Assembly: GCA_964291405.2 (NCBI GenBank)
Contig: OZ219926.1
Span: 2,880,001 to 2,944,000 of the forward strand
Direction of reading: 5' to 3'
DNA from: Thermodesulfobacteriota bacterium
Lineage (GTDB): Bacteria; Desulfobacterota; Binatia; Bin18
Length of the DNA stretch: 64,000 nt
Shown: one piece after another, positions 1 through 10,950 of the stretch
Position numbering within the stretch: the first letter of the stretch is position 1
Layout of the letters: every line of letters begins with the position of its first letter
The notes under the pieces: model-generated
Databases searched by the model: none
Told to the model about the DNA's origin: nothing
Seen by the model: the letters and a program-made list of their open reading frames with translations, nothing else
Translations under genes and position numbers: made by a program

Positions 1-660
1 GAATAACTCCACCGTGCAGGAAATGGGCGCAGACAGCGTCCGCCACCGGACCAGGGCGGCTTGATAGTCCGCCTGGGTATTCATATTGAGGAAACTCAGC
101 CCCTCGGGGTCAAAGCGTTTGATTTCCGCTGGCGACACTTTTCGGGTTGGCACGGTGTCGTACAAATAGACCGGCCGGAGGCGTTGGGCGGCGAGCTGTT
201 CTTGCAAATGGGGAACGACACGCCGACGATACACGGCGTGCAGCGGCTGAAGCCGGTCCTGCCAAACGGGGACGACCACATCATAGGCACGGCCGTTGTG
301 ATCGAGCTGCGAGACGAGATAGTCGATGAACGGCAACTGGAGAAAGGGCACGTCGCACGACGTGACAAAGGCTGCCGTACCGCGGATCGCTCGCAGGCCG
401 TAGTATATGCCTCCGACCGGACCCTGATAGGCCACGGCATCGTGCACCAGCGTGACCGGCAAGGACGGCAATGTCTGGTCCGGTGCGGCGACCACCACGA
501 TATCGGAAAAGCGTTGGGACAGCCGCTGAACCAAGTAAGAGATAAGCGGCTTATCGTCAAAGGGCAGCAGCGCCTTCGGTCTCCCCATGCGCGAGCTTTT
601 TCCTCCGCTCAAAATAATCGCCGAAAGGGCAGGACTACGGGTCGAGGCTTGCGTATCCAT
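1..660 (-). CDS. mobA: Molybdenum cofactor guanylyltransferase, runs off the left edge; possibly fused to a C-terminal MoaD/ThiS-like domain
   Basis: Not in the ORF track because there is no stop in the window. Manual translation from ATG 660: SAIILSGGKSSRMGRPKALLPF...GPVGGIYYGL...FVTSCDVPFL...LQPLHAVY...FLNMNT; the frame continues as ISCTVELF at the edge. Confidence 0.85.
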   Translation of the reverse strand, partial: MDTQASTRSPALSAIILSGGKSSRMGRPKALLPFDDKPLISYLVQRLSQRFSDIVVVAAPDQTLPSLPVTLVHDAVAYQGPVGGIYYGLRAIRGTAAFVTSCDVPFLQLPFIDYLVSQLDHNGRAYDVVVPVWQDRLQPLHAVYRRRVVPHLQEQLAAQRLRPVYLYDTVPTRKVSPAEIKRFDPEGLSFLNMNTQADYQAALVRWRTLSAPISCTVELF

Positions 661-859
661 GCTGTACCAAAGCGCCGTACCAGGTTGGAATCCATTCAGA
701 ACAAAAATGCTATCATCTCAGCAGTAGAGGAACAATGAATTCTTCGGTCTTCCCTCTTTCCTTTTTTATTGTAATCAAAATGAGAATTTGCTACCTTCCA
801 CCTCCACCTCAGGATCGACAGGGTAGATAAGATGAAACGGCACGAGAGGAGACATATTT

Positions 860-1486
860 TTGGCTGTTAAACTATACATTGGCAATCTCCCCCCCATGCT
901 CTGCTTTCCCGAGCTTGAAGACTTATTCACCCCATTTGGGAGCCTTCAGTCTGCCGAACTCATCACCGACCCGGCCACCGGTCTGTCGCGGGGGTTTGGT
1001 TTCATCGAAATGGAGACGGAAACTGCCGCCCAGGCGGCCATCTCAGACCTGAACGGCAAAGAAGTCGATGGGCAGTCCCTCACTGTCAATGAGGTCAAAC
1101 CCGGTCGGGGTGGTCCCTCACCCATTCGGGATAGCGGACGTGGCAGACCTTCCCCGGTTGCGAATCGCCCGCCCTCACAGCCCCGTCAGCCATCCGGCAC
1201 GCGACTCTTTGTCGGCAACCTGCCCTATTCCGCGGGCAACACCGACCTGGAAAAAGTCTTTGCCGAGGTTGGCACGGTCAGTTCGGTCAGCGTTGTCACC
1301 GACCGCTTCTCCGGGCAATCAAAGGGCTTCGCCTTTGTCGAAATGGGCTCGAAGGAAGAGGCTGACGCGATTATTGAAAAATTTAACGGCCAAGAGGTCC
1401 TTGGTCGGGTCCTGAAGGTCAACGCCGCGCGCCCACCGGAACGACGGCGATTTGGCGGCGGTGGCGGCGGCGGCCGACGATTCTGA
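860..1486 (+). CDS. RNA-binding protein with two RRM domains and a Gly-rich tail
   Basis: Two RNP2/RNP1 pairs (LYIGNL/RGFGFIEM and LFVGNL/KGFAFVEM); TTG start after GAGGAG. Confidence 0.9.
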   Translation: MAVKLYIGNLPPMLCFPELEDLFTPFGSLQSAELITDPATGLSRGFGFIEMETETAAQAAISDLNGKEVDGQSLTVNEVKPGRGGPSPIRDSGRGRPSPVANRPPSQPRQPSGTRLFVGNLPYSAGNTDLEKVFAEVGTVSSVSVVTDRFSGQSKGFAFVEMGSKEEADAIIEKFNGQEVLGRVLKVNAARPPERRRFGGGGGGGRRF

Positions 1487-1509
1487 GCGGCGTTCCGGTC
1501 CTGATCCGC

Positions 1510-2787
1510 CTAGCTCTGTTCCAGGTGGTAAAACACCAGACCGGTCAACAGCTTGGGATAGAAGTAGGTTGACTTCTGCGGCATGGTCTCGCCGCCTGCA
1601 CAGACCTGTTGAATCTGCTCAAAGGTTGTTGAGCGCAGGAGAAAGGCGGCCTGAGCGTCTCCGGTGCTCACACGTTGCAGCGCCTCGTCGGTATCGCTCG
1701 TATACGAGACGGCCTGCTTTTGGACGGCAGGCGGTAAACCCAGAAAACGCTCGAAGAGCACATCGTGCAACACGGTGACATCCAGCGCCCGCATGGCCGC
1801 CGAAGCGGGCAGGCCCTGCGTGACACGCTCATCGAAGGATAACAGCCAGTCGTGCTCGGCCCCGGCCATGACACAGCCGATACGCCGCTCCGGGCCGGGC
1901 GCCGAAAGGGCATTCAGAAACGCCGGGCGTTGGGCCGGAGCATAACGGGTCAGTCGAAAGTCGCGCTTGAGAACGGCTTGCAGATTGGTCGGGCTGGGCA
2001 GACGGGTCTGCCGAATCAGGCGATGGGTTGGGAGAATAGTCAGGCCGCTATCCTCGGCACTGGTCAAATACGCCAGGACGTAATGAAAGGGCCGGTCCTC
2101 GTCTGTGCCGGTTTCCGCCGTCCGCTCGCGGCTGTATTGCAGCGCGGTTTCATAGCGGTGATGGCCGTCAGCGATAATCAGCGATTTGTCCGAGAGTTGC
2201 GCCGTAATGTCCGCAACGACCGCCGGGTCCCGAACGGGCCACAGCCGGTGGGTGACACCCGCGTCGTCCGCGATCTCAACCGCTGCCGGTTGGGCGAGTG
2301 CATCTCGGAGGGTGTGTTCGAGCGACCAGCCCGCGCCAGCGTATAGACAGAAGATCGAGCTCAGATGCGCCCGGCAGGCGCGCAGCAGGGCAAGCCGATC
2401 TTTTTTGGCTCGCTCAAAGGTGCGCTCGTGCGGGCGAATGACCCCGGACTCGAAATCTTCAACCCGTAGCGCGGCAAAAATACCGGTCCGGCGACGTGGC
2501 TGGCCGTCCTGGAGCGTGTACTCCTGGGTGTAGCAGTAGAAGCCGGGCTCCGGGTCGGGCTGCACAACCTGCTGGGACAGCCAATCCTGAAAAGTCTGAG
2601 CCGCTGCCGTATAGGGGTCGTCCGCCTTGTTGAAGTCGAGATGGGTGGCGTTATACGGACTCTGGAGATGGAGGAGCGTTTGTTGTTCCGGACTGATCAC
2701 GTCGTACGGCGGGGAGACGACTTTTTTCAAATCGCCAACAACCGCCGGATTATAGCACAACGCGCGAAAGGGACGAATCTGTGCCAT
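1510..2787 (-). CDS. DUF1015 family protein
   Basis: IRPFRAL, SPPYDVI, PHERT, IADGHHRYETA, MPQKSTYFYPKL motifs. Confidence 0.9.
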   Translation of the reverse strand: MAQIRPFRALCYNPAVVGDLKKVVSPPYDVISPEQQTLLHLQSPYNATHLDFNKADDPYTAAAQTFQDWLSQQVVQPDPEPGFYCYTQEYTLQDGQPRRRTGIFAALRVEDFESGVIRPHERTFERAKKDRLALLRACRAHLSSIFCLYAGAGWSLEHTLRDALAQPAAVEIADDAGVTHRLWPVRDPAVVADITAQLSDKSLIIADGHHRYETALQYSRERTAETGTDEDRPFHYVLAYLTSAEDSGLTILPTHRLIRQTRLPSPTNLQAVLKRDFRLTRYAPAQRPAFLNALSAPGPERRIGCVMAGAEHDWLLSFDERVTQGLPASAAMRALDVTVLHDVLFERFLGLPPAVQKQAVSYTSDTDEALQRVSTGDAQAAFLLRSTTFEQIQQVCAGGETMPQKSTYFYPKLLTGLVFYHLEQS

Positions 2788-2847
2788 GGTTCTTTTGCCC
2801 CCTGCCCTTTCGGGCTTCCCCCTTAAAAAAAGGGGGGACCTTCGGTT

Positions 2848-4119
2848 TTAGTTTGCCAGTGCTCGTTGACCAATATCCCGCCGGTAGTGCATGTCAGGCC
2901 ACGAAATGCGTTGCACCGCCTGATAGGTCGTCGCAATGGCCTGACGAATATCCGCACCCGTCGCGGTTACACCCAGAACGCGACCCCCATTGGTGACCAG
3001 CGCATCTGCCTGTCGTTTTGTGCCGGCATGGAAAACCGCCCCGTCCTGCCAGTCGGCGAACTGCTCCAGCCCGGCAATCGTTTGCCCTTTCTCATAGCTG
3101 CCCGGATAGCCTCCGGCCGTGAGCACGACACATACCGCGGCGCGGTCATCCCAGTCGAGGCTCACCCGGTCGAGACGTTCGTCAACCACGGCCTCCATGA
3201 CCTCGACCAGGTCCGACTTGAGGCGCAGCATGAGCGGCTGACATTCCGGGTCGCCAAAGCGGACATTGAATTCAAGGACTTTCGCCTGCCCCTGGTGGAT
3301 CATCAGGCCAGCGTACAGGACACCTTTATATACGATATTACGTTGTCTGAGTCCGTGGACGACCGGGCTGAGGATGTCCTGCACAATCCGGTCGGTCAAC
3401 GCCGAGGTGACGACCGGTGCCGGCGAGTAGGCTCCCATCCCGCCGGTATTCGGCCCCCGGTCGCCGTCAAAGACCTGCTTGTGATCCTGAGAAGAAGCCA
3501 GGGGAAGAATATGGGAGCCATCCGTCAACGCCAGAAACGAGGCCTCTTCGCCGCGTAAAAACTCTTCAATCACCACCTGGTCGCCCGCCGCGCCAAACTG
3601 ACGCTCGCGCATAATGGTTGTGATTGCGGCCTGGGCTTCGGCCTGGGTGGCGCATAACAGGACGCCTTTCCCCGCGGCGAGGCCGTCGGCTTTAACCACA
3701 ATCGGCGCTCCGACTTCTTCGATATAGCGGCTGGCTTCGTCCGGGTCGTGAAACACGCCAAAGGCGGCGGTGGGCACGCCCTGCTGCTGCAAGAGTGCCT
3801 TGGTAAAGGCTTTGCTGCCTTCGAGTTGAGCAGCAGCCCGGTTCGGGCCAAACACGCGCAGACCCCGCGACTTAAACAGATCGACGATCCCGAGACTCAA
3901 GGGCAACTCAGGACCGACAACCGTCAACCCGATCCGTTCTTCTTCAGCAAAGGCACACAACCCATCAATATCGTCCGCGGCCAGCGCAACCAGCTCGGCG
4001 TGCTCGGCAATCCCGGCGTTGCCCGGCGCACAGTAGATTTTCGAGACGCGCGGACTCTGGCGAATCTTCCACACCAGGGCGTGTTCCCGGCCGCCGCTGC
4101 CGATCACCAGTATTTTCAT
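2848..4119 (-). CDS. purD: Phosphoribosylamine--glycine ligase
   Basis: MKILVIGSGGREHAL, GPNTGGMGAYSP, EFNVRFGDPE; start trimmed to ATG 4119. Confidence 0.97.
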   Translation of the reverse strand: MKILVIGSGGREHALVWKIRQSPRVSKIYCAPGNAGIAEHAELVALAADDIDGLCAFAEEERIGLTVVGPELPLSLGIVDLFKSRGLRVFGPNRAAAQLEGSKAFTKALLQQQGVPTAAFGVFHDPDEASRYIEEVGAPIVVKADGLAAGKGVLLCATQAEAQAAITTIMRERQFGAAGDQVVIEEFLRGEEASFLALTDGSHILPLASSQDHKQVFDGDRGPNTGGMGAYSPAPVVTSALTDRIVQDILSPVVHGLRQRNIVYKGVLYAGLMIHQGQAKVLEFNVRFGDPECQPLMLRLKSDLVEVMEAVVDERLDRVSLDWDDRAAVCVVLTAGGYPGSYEKGQTIAGLEQFADWQDGAVFHAGTKRQADALVTNGGRVLGVTATGADIRQAIATTYQAVQRISWPDMHYRRDIGQRALAN

Positions 4120-4138
4120 TGCTAACGCCGAGTCATGG

Positions 4139-5725
4139 CTAATGCCGAAAATGCCGCATGCCGGTGACAAGCATGGCCATGCCGTGCTCATCTGCGGCCG
4201 CGATAACATCCTTGTCCCGCAGGCTGCCGCCGGGCTGAATCGCGGCGGTTGCGCCGGCCTGAGCCACCACGTCGAGCCCGTCGCGAAAGGGAAAAAACGC
4301 GTCCGAGCCGACCACGCTGCCGTGGGTGTCCAGCCCGAGGTCGTGTGCCCGGGAGACGGCGATCTTGGCCGAGTCAACCCGGCTCATCTGACCGGCGCCC
4401 ACACCAACAACCTGATCGCTTGAGGTTAGCACAATAGCGTTGGACTTGACGTGTTTGCACACCCGCCAGGCAAAGGCCAATGCCTGGTACTCCGCGTCGG
4501 TCGGCCGACGCTTGGTCACGACCTCGCAGTCTCTGACATTGACCTGGCCGGTATCGCGCTCCTGATACAGCAGGCCGCCGGCAATCGGCTTGGCCTCGTA
4601 GCGGGCCGGCTGGGCGTCTACGATCTCCGGGATTTCCAGCAACCGGATGTTCTGGAGGCGTTTGGACGAGGCCAACATTTCCAGGGCCGGAGCCGCATAG
4701 CCGGGGGCCAGGACAATCTCAAGAAAGCCCTGTTCGTACAGGTTCAGGATTTCCTGCGCGGTTGCCGTATCAACCTCACGGTTCAAACCCACAATCCCGC
4801 CAAAAATGGAAATCGGATCGCAGGCACGCGTCTTCCGAAAGGCGTCGGCCAGAGACTCCGTTGAGGTCGCCACGCCACACGGGTTGGTATGCTTAATGGC
4901 CACCGCGGCAGTTTCATCAAACTCCTGGAGCAGGGCAAACGCGGCATTGGCATCCACAATATTATTATACGACAGCGCCTTGCCCTGGAGCTGTTTGGCG
5001 TTGGCAATACACGCTTCCCGGACGACCGGGCTGCGGTAAAAAGCCGCGGACTGGTGCGGGTTCTCTCCGTAGCGGAGGTCCTGGGCCTTGACGTATTGCA
5101 GGTGCAGGGTTTCACCAAAAGGCCGGCGTTCTTCTCCGTCGAGGCCGCCCAGGTAGTCGGCAATGGCGCCGTCGTAGCGGGCGGTTAACCGGAAGGCTTT
5201 CTTGGCCAGGGCGAGCTTGTGCTCGGCAGACAGGGTGCCGTCTGCTGTGAGCGCGGTCAGAACGGCCGGATAATCGTCCGGGTCCACAACGACGCCCACG
5301 TCGGCGTGATTCTTGGCTGAAGCACGCAACAGGGACGGCCCGCCGATATCGATGTTTTCAATCGCGTCGGCAAAGCCACAGTCCGGCTTGGCTACGGTTT
5401 GTTCAAACGGATAGAGGTTGACCACAACCAGATCAATGGCTTTGAGGTTATGCTGGGTCATAGCCGCAAGATGGCCGGGATCGCTCCGGCGGTGCAGAAT
5501 GCCGGCATGGATACGGGGGTGCAGGGTCTTCACCCGGCCGTCGAGCATTTCGGGAAAGCCGGTAAAGTCTTCGACCGGGGTCACGGCAAGGCCGGCTGCG
5601 GTCAGCGCTTTGGCCGTGCCGCCGGTTGAGAGGATTTCAATATTAAGTGCAGCCAGGCCGCGAGCCAGATCAACGATGCCACGTTTGTCGCTCACGCTAA
5701 TCAGGGCGCGGGTGACAGTAGCCAT
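4139..5725 (-). CDS. purH: Bifunctional AICAR transformylase/IMP cyclohydrolase
   Basis: [40 protein letters not shown]; start trimmed to ATG 5725. Confidence 0.97.
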   Translation of the reverse strand: MATVTRALISVSDKRGIVDLARGLAALNIEILSTGGTAKALTAAGLAVTPVEDFTGFPEMLDGRVKTLHPRIHAGILHRRSDPGHLAAMTQHNLKAIDLVVVNLYPFEQTVAKPDCGFADAIENIDIGGPSLLRASAKNHADVGVVVDPDDYPAVLTALTADGTLSAEHKLALAKKAFRLTARYDGAIADYLGGLDGEERRPFGETLHLQYVKAQDLRYGENPHQSAAFYRSPVVREACIANAKQLQGKALSYNNIVDANAAFALLQEFDETAAVAIKHTNPCGVATSTESLADAFRKTRACDPISIFGGIVGLNREVDTATAQEILNLYEQGFLEIVLAPGYAAPALEMLASSKRLQNIRLLEIPEIVDAQPARYEAKPIAGGLLYQERDTGQVNVRDCEVVTKRRPTDAEYQALAFAWRVCKHVKSNAIVLTSSDQVVGVGAGQMSRVDSAKIAVSRAHDLGLDTHGSVVGSDAFFPFRDGLDVVAQAGATAAIQPGGSLRDKDVIAAADEHGMAMLVTGMRHFRH

Positions 5726-5839
5726 GGGATACTCCTTGGTGATAACGGGTTGGAAAGCTGTCCATCTGGAGGCAGACAGGGGAATACCAGAAGCCTCCTG
5801 GGTTGTAAAGGGAAACCCGTGGGCATATGGTGGGCCGCA

Positions 5840-6043
5840 ATGACACTGCGGCTCAACGGCGACGTGCGGGAGTGCCAAGAGGGCATCACAGTCGCAGCCT
5901 TAGTCGAAGAACTCGGCCTTGGAAACAAGCGGATTGCGGTTGAGGTCAACCGGGATATTATCCCCCGCGACGAGTACGCCAACTGCGAACTGAAAGTGGA
6001 TGACGAGGTTGAAATCGTCCATTTTGTTGGCGGAGGCTGCTAG
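5840..6043 (+). CDS. thiS: Sulfur carrier protein ThiS (ends GGGC)
   Basis: [10 protein letters not shown]...[13 protein letters not shown]; directly upstream of thiG. Confidence 0.92.
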   Translation: MTLRLNGDVRECQEGITVAALVEELGLGNKRIAVEVNRDIIPRDEYANCELKVDDEVEIVHFVGGGC

Positions 6044-6078
6044 TCAGAGCGCGCACAGATCAACACAGTGAGGACGCC

Positions 6079-6861
6079 ATGCCAGGCCTTAAAGACCCCT
6101 TTGTACTCGCAGGCAAGGAATATCATTCCAGGCTTATTGTCGGCACGGGAAAGTATAAGGATTTTGCGGAAACCAAACGGGCGATTGAGGCCTCGGGGGC
6201 CGAGATTGTGACGGTGGCGGTCCGCCGCGTAAATATCACCGATCCCAACCAGGAGAATCTGCTCGACTATATTGACCCCAAGCACTACACTATTCTGCCC
6301 AACACCGCCGGGTGCTATAACGCCGCGGACGCAGTGCGGACCTGTCGCCTGGCCCGCGAGGCCGGGGTCGGCAATATGGTCAAGCTGGAAGTCATTGGCG
6401 ATGACAAGACCCTCTTTCCCGACATTCCGGGGACGCTTGAGGCGGCCAAGACCCTGGTTGACGAGGGCTTTATTGTTCTGCCCTATATTCATGACGACCC
6501 GATCTCCTGCCAAAAACTCGAAGACATGGGCTGCGCCGCGGTCATGCCGCTGGCGGCGCCCATCGGGTCCGGGCTGGGCATCCGCAATCCGTACAATATC
6601 CGTATCATCCTCGAACACAGCAGCGTGCCGGTGATTGTTGACGCCGGAGTGGGCACGGCCTCGGATGCCGCGGTTGCCCTGGAGATGGGCTGTGACGCGG
6701 TGCTGATGAATACGGCCATTGCCGCAGCCAAAGACCCGATTCTTATGGCGGATGCCATGCGCCAAGGGGTGGAAGCGGGAAGAAAAGCCTATCTGGCCGG
6801 GCGCATGGGCAAAAAGCTGTACGCCACCGCCTCCAGTCCGCTCGACGGGATGATCGCCTAG
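6079..6861 (+). CDS. thiG: Thiazole synthase
   Basis: [46 protein letters not shown]. Confidence 0.97.
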   Translation: MPGLKDPFVLAGKEYHSRLIVGTGKYKDFAETKRAIEASGAEIVTVAVRRVNITDPNQENLLDYIDPKHYTILPNTAGCYNAADAVRTCRLAREAGVGNMVKLEVIGDDKTLFPDIPGTLEAAKTLVDEGFIVLPYIHDDPISCQKLEDMGCAAVMPLAAPIGSGLGIRNPYNIRIILEHSSVPVIVDAGVGTASDAAVALEMGCDAVLMNTAIAAAKDPILMADAMRQGVEAGRKAYLAGRMGKKLYATASSPLDGMIA

Positions 6862-6929
6862 CCAATCACCACCCCCTCTTGGGAGAGGTGGCCGAAGGCC
6901 GGGGCAGAGTTCCTCAGGCCGTCCGACCG

Positions 6930-7541
6930 ATGCTCAACTTCCGCCTGTATTTCGTCACCGACCGTCAACAAACCGCCAACCGGCCCCTCACCGATGTCGT
7001 GCACGCCGCTCTCGACGGTGGGGTGCAGGCCGTCCAACTCCGAGAAAAAGACCTCGAAGGCCGCGAGCTGTACACATTGGCCGAGCGGCTTCGGGCGCTG
7101 ACCCTGCGCTACCAGGCGCACCTGCTGATCAACGACCGCCTCGACGTCGCCCTGGCGGTTGAGGCCGACGGCGTCCATCTCGGACAGCACTCCTTTGCGG
7201 TCGAAGACGCGCGCCGTCTGCTGGGAGCCGGGAAACTCATCGGCGTTTCAACCCATTCCCGGCACGAAATCACCGCGGCCCAGGGGGCCGATTTCATGGT
7301 CTTCGGCCCGGTCTATTACACGCCCTCAAAGGCCGCCTATGGCGAGCCGCAGGGGCTCGACCGCCTGCGCGCAGCGGTTGCCTACAGTGCGGTACCGGTT
7401 TTTGCGATTGGCGGTATCAAGACCGAGCGTGTGGCTGAAGTCCTGGAGACCGGCGCGCATGGGATTGCCATGATTTCGGCCATCAGCGCGGCAACCAACC
7501 CCACTCAGGCCGCGCATGAGTTATTGCGGCAGCTCGACTGA
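6930..7541 (+). CDS. thiE: Thiamine phosphate synthase
   Basis: VQLREK, INDRLDVA, GVHLGQ, IGVSTH, AIGGI. Confidence 0.95.
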   Translation: MLNFRLYFVTDRQQTANRPLTDVVHAALDGGVQAVQLREKDLEGRELYTLAERLRALTLRYQAHLLINDRLDVALAVEADGVHLGQHSFAVEDARRLLGAGKLIGVSTHSRHEITAAQGADFMVFGPVYYTPSKAAYGEPQGLDRLRAAVAYSAVPVFAIGGIKTERVAEVLETGAHGIAMISAISAATNPTQAAHELLRQLD

Positions 7542-7596
7542 AGCGCATCGGGCTTGCCCCGCGGTTCGCCTCACTGGTAGAATCCCCGCAATCTAC

Positions 7597-7669
<73 letters not shown>

Positions 7670-7675
7670 CTGCCC

Positions 7676-7705
7676 AAGCCCTTGTGTCTGCAAGGGCTTT
7701 TTCTT
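7676..7705 (+). terminator. Rho-independent terminator after the tRNA
   Basis: AAGCCCTTG-6nt-CAAGGGCTT followed by a T-rich tract. Confidence 0.75.
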
Positions 7706-7776
7706 GCTAAACTTCCCCCGACTCGTTGGGTTTGATTCATTCTTTTGCAGCGTTGTTCACGTGTCAGGGGGAGGCT

Positions 7777-8841
7777 ATGCCGAACGAGCGGGGAGAGCCA
7801 AAATTGCGACTCGACCATTTAGCGGTCTGGGTAGAAGACATCGATAAAACGGTTGCGTTCCTGACCGAGACGGTTGGCTGGAAGCACCACCCCATGGTGG
7901 TTGAGGTCAGCACGGAAGACGAAACAACGGGTGGCATGAAAGCGGCCTTCGTTCATGGCGGTGGCTTGTGGTTGGAGCTGGTTTTACCAACCTCCCCCGG
8001 ACCCGGCATGGACATATTGAAAGAGGTTGGTCAGGGCGCCATTGTTGAGGTGAATTTTGAAGCGGTCGATGCGGACTATCGAAAAGTGCTTGAGGAGATG
8101 GACGCAAAAGGCATTCAGATGCTCAGCATGGACGGCTCTCCACTCAAAGATGGTGGCAGAATCCAGGAAAGCGTACGTGGGGATGCGGCGACCGCGGCGA
8201 CCGGACAGCTCATTGCCTACTGGCCGGCAGACGTCAGTTGTGGGACGACCATTGAAGTCTACGAGCGGCGGCTGGACGATGCGACCAACCTCCTAAACAT
8301 TCGCGACGAGGCATGGGCGAATGAAAAACCCAGGCCGCATAGTCCGCGCATTGATCGCGTGTGCATTCTCGTCGAAGACCTGTCGAAGACGGCGGAATTC
8401 TATACCGAAGTCATGGGGCTCAAGCGCCATCCCGCCGAATTTCGCCTTGACGGGGGTGCGCACAACCTTGGCGATATGCAGTGCGCGTTTATTGAGGCCA
8501 ATGGCGTTTGGGTGCAATTGGTTCAGCCGACGTCAGCCGGGTATGTGCTGGATCTTCTCAAAGAAAAAGGTGATGGCTATGCCCTGGAAGTGGCCGCTGA
8601 AGTGGACGACCTCGATGCGTTCTACGACCACATGGCGGCCAAGGGCATTACCATGGTCAACGGTGATGGGACTCCGTTGGCACCTGGAGCGAAGGGGCTC
8701 ACGGTCGAGCCGTCCGGTGACCGGCATCACTATTTCCCGTTGAACGAGAGTCAAGGGATGCGGATTATGGTATATGAACGTGGTCCCCGTCATACCAGTA
8801 TGCTGCATCGCCGTGATGACATTTGGGCGCGCGTTTCCTGA
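7777..8841 (+). CDS. Tandem two-domain VOC (glyoxalase/epimerase-like) protein
   Basis: Two homologous halves: LDHLAVWVED..LELVLPT and IDRVCILVED..VQLVQPT. Confidence 0.8.
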   Translation: MPNERGEPKLRLDHLAVWVEDIDKTVAFLTETVGWKHHPMVVEVSTEDETTGGMKAAFVHGGGLWLELVLPTSPGPGMDILKEVGQGAIVEVNFEAVDADYRKVLEEMDAKGIQMLSMDGSPLKDGGRIQESVRGDAATAATGQLIAYWPADVSCGTTIEVYERRLDDATNLLNIRDEAWANEKPRPHSPRIDRVCILVEDLSKTAEFYTEVMGLKRHPAEFRLDGGAHNLGDMQCAFIEANGVWVQLVQPTSAGYVLDLLKEKGDGYALEVAAEVDDLDAFYDHMAAKGITMVNGDGTPLAPGAKGLTVEPSGDRHHYFPLNESQGMRIMVYERGPRHTSMLHRRDDIWARVS

Positions 8842-8876
8842 CCGGAACATACATGCAGGTGGACAGTAAGCCTGGT

Positions 8877-8975
8877 CAGAAAAAAACGCAAAAGACAGCC
8901 AAGCAAGACATTGAAATCGGCCAGCAGCGATATCGAATCGTGCAGCGGCATCAGCAAGCTCGAGAACGGGGGTAA
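8877..8975 (+). pseudogene. C-terminal remnant of a RelE/HigB (Gp49-like) toxin
   Basis: Manual translation QKKTQKTAKQDIEIGQQRYRIVQRHQQARERG*, ending 4 nt before the antitoxin; no N-terminus. Confidence 0.7.
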
Positions 8976-8979
8976 GGTC

Positions 8980-9267
8980 ATGAGTGTCACACGAGGCCAG
9001 GACAATGTCTTTGAGGACCTGGGGTTTGATGCAGAAGAAGCGGCCAACTTGAAAGTCCGCGCCGACCTCATGCTCGACCTACGGCAATACATTCAAGACC
9101 GGGACTGGACACAGGCTGAAGCCGCGGCCTTCTTTGGTGAGACTCAGCCTCGTATCAGCAATTTGATGAAGGGAGAGATTAGTCGCTTTAGCATCGATAA
9201 ACTGATCAACATGTTAGCTCGGGCCGGCTTGCGTGTCCGGTTCGAGATCGAAGCAAAAGCGGCTTAG
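8980..9267 (+). CDS. XRE-family HTH antitoxin (HigA-like)
   Basis: NVFEDLGF...TQAEAAAFFGETQPRISNLMKG..FSIDKL. Confidence 0.88.
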   Translation: MSVTRGQDNVFEDLGFDAEEAANLKVRADLMLDLRQYIQDRDWTQAEAAAFFGETQPRISNLMKGEISRFSIDKLINMLARAGLRVRFEIEAKAA

Positions 9268-9282
9268 CCGGACAGTCAAAAT

Positions 9283-9552
9283 ATGGAACGGATTGACAGC
9301 TTTCCTTCCGCGCGTCATGCTGAGGCAACCGAATCCGAACAATTGCTCCAGGCGCTGGTGGACCATACCTGTCAGCCGCCGCGCGTCTATCATCACCGGT
9401 GGACGGTCGGCGACGCCGTGCTATGGGACAACCGCCGCCTGCTGCACCAGTCCTGCCCCTGGGACATGACCGAAGCACGGGTGATGTACCACGCCCGAAT
9501 CGCCGGCGACCCCGCGTCCGAATTCGCCGGCCCCGGTTCTCCCAGCCTGTAA
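9283..9552 (+). pseudogene. C-terminal fragment of a TauD/TfdA dioxygenase
   Basis: YHHRWTVGDAVLWDNRRLLH motif; N-terminal part missing. Confidence 0.75.
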
Positions 9553-9868
9553 TAGCATCTCTCCCACCCTTCTCATCCCCTCTTGCCGGAGGGAAAGAGG
9601 AAACGGTCCATCTTTGCTTTGCCAAATGGAGGACCGTCGGGCATGTACCGAACGCGCGCCCGCGGGGTGGGTTCTCTAGCCGGCCCAGCACACAGCCCGG
9701 CCCGTGCCAACCGCGTCAACGCCTCCGTAATCAGCCGCACCGCCTCTTCAAGGTCTGCGTCGGTGGTGCCAAAGGCGAGGCTGGACGGATTGAGCTTGCT
9801 GCGGATGCTAGAAGACTGTTGGCAAGGCATCAATTCGGCTATAGACCTTCCATCGTCGTCTTGCGATT

Positions 9869-10844
9869 GTGAACCGTAACGAATTTCTTCAGAAGCTCGG
9901 CCAGGTAAAATTCTGGCGGACGCGCGGACAGCGCGCGCCACATAAGCCGCTACTGGTTCTGCTCGCGCTTGGCCGGGTCGCTCAGGGAGAGAAGCGCTTA
10001 GCTCGCTACGAACAGGACATTGAACGTCCACTGACAGACTTGCTGGAGCGCTTTGGACCGCCTCGCAAGAAAATTCACCCTGAGTATCCGTTCGGCCGTC
10101 TGAAAAATGATGGGCTATGGGAAATCCCGGACGGAGAATCGTTACCCACTACCGGGAAAGGAGATTTACACCGAAGTGGACTCATTAAACACTCTGTGAC
10201 GGGCGGTTTTCCCGAGCCAATCTACGAACTGCTCTTCTCCGATTCCGAACTCGTACAGCAGGCCGCTCAAGCGCTCCTCTACGAACATTTTCCCTATTCA
10301 CTACACGATGACATCCGCACCGCAGCCGGTTTCCCTACTGAATTTCTAGTACAGGAGTCCCCTAGTCCTCCTTATGGCTTGGTGGTGCCACGCCCTCCTG
10401 CCCGCACACGAGACCGGAACTTTCGTCACGCCGTCCTCCGCGCGTACGAGTGCCGTTGCGCTGTGTGTGGATTCGATCTCCGCCTGGAAAATGAACTCCT
10501 TGGATTAGAGGCCGCGCATATCAAGTGGCATTCGGCTGGTGGCCCGAGCAAGGTTCCGAACGGGTTGGCGCTATGCAGCATGCAACCATCATAAGGCGCT
10601 TGATCGGGGGGCACTCGGCTTGGCACCGGTCGCCAGGGGGTTCAAAGTACTCATTTCGGCCAAAGTCCACGGTGAAAGCGATGCGACGCGGTGGTTCTGG
10701 GATTGTCACAATGCGCCGCTCAGCCGTCCCCGCAGTGGTGAGTTCAAACCGAAAGCCGAGTTCGTGAAATGGCATACACGCGAGGTCTTTCGTAAAGGGC
10801 CACCACGGGATTCGTCGAGCCAGCCGACTGATGGCAGTTCATAG
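9869..10844 (+). pseudogene. SBD-HNH endonuclease (phosphorothioate-DNA-reader type), frameshifted near 10585
   Basis: RAPHKPLL and PEYPFGRLKNDGLWEI (SBD-like), CAVCG, EAAHIKWH, NGLALC; continues in another frame as HHKALDRGAL...WHTREVF. Confidence 0.75.
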
Positions 10845-10950
10845 ATACATATGCTGCTGGACTCTCCCGTCCGATTACAGTTTTGGAAGAACACAGAGGA
10901 GATACAGTGTTCGATTACCTAGCGGACGCAGTAGTCGAGATGATGGAAAG

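Noticed and set aside
61-738. Plus-strand 225-aa ORF and the many similar overlapping ORFs in the track
   Set aside because: Antisense or alternate-frame shadows of recognised genes in GC-rich DNA
5726-5839. TPP riboswitch upstream of thiS
   Set aside because: Short divergent intergenic region with no CTGAGA core motif
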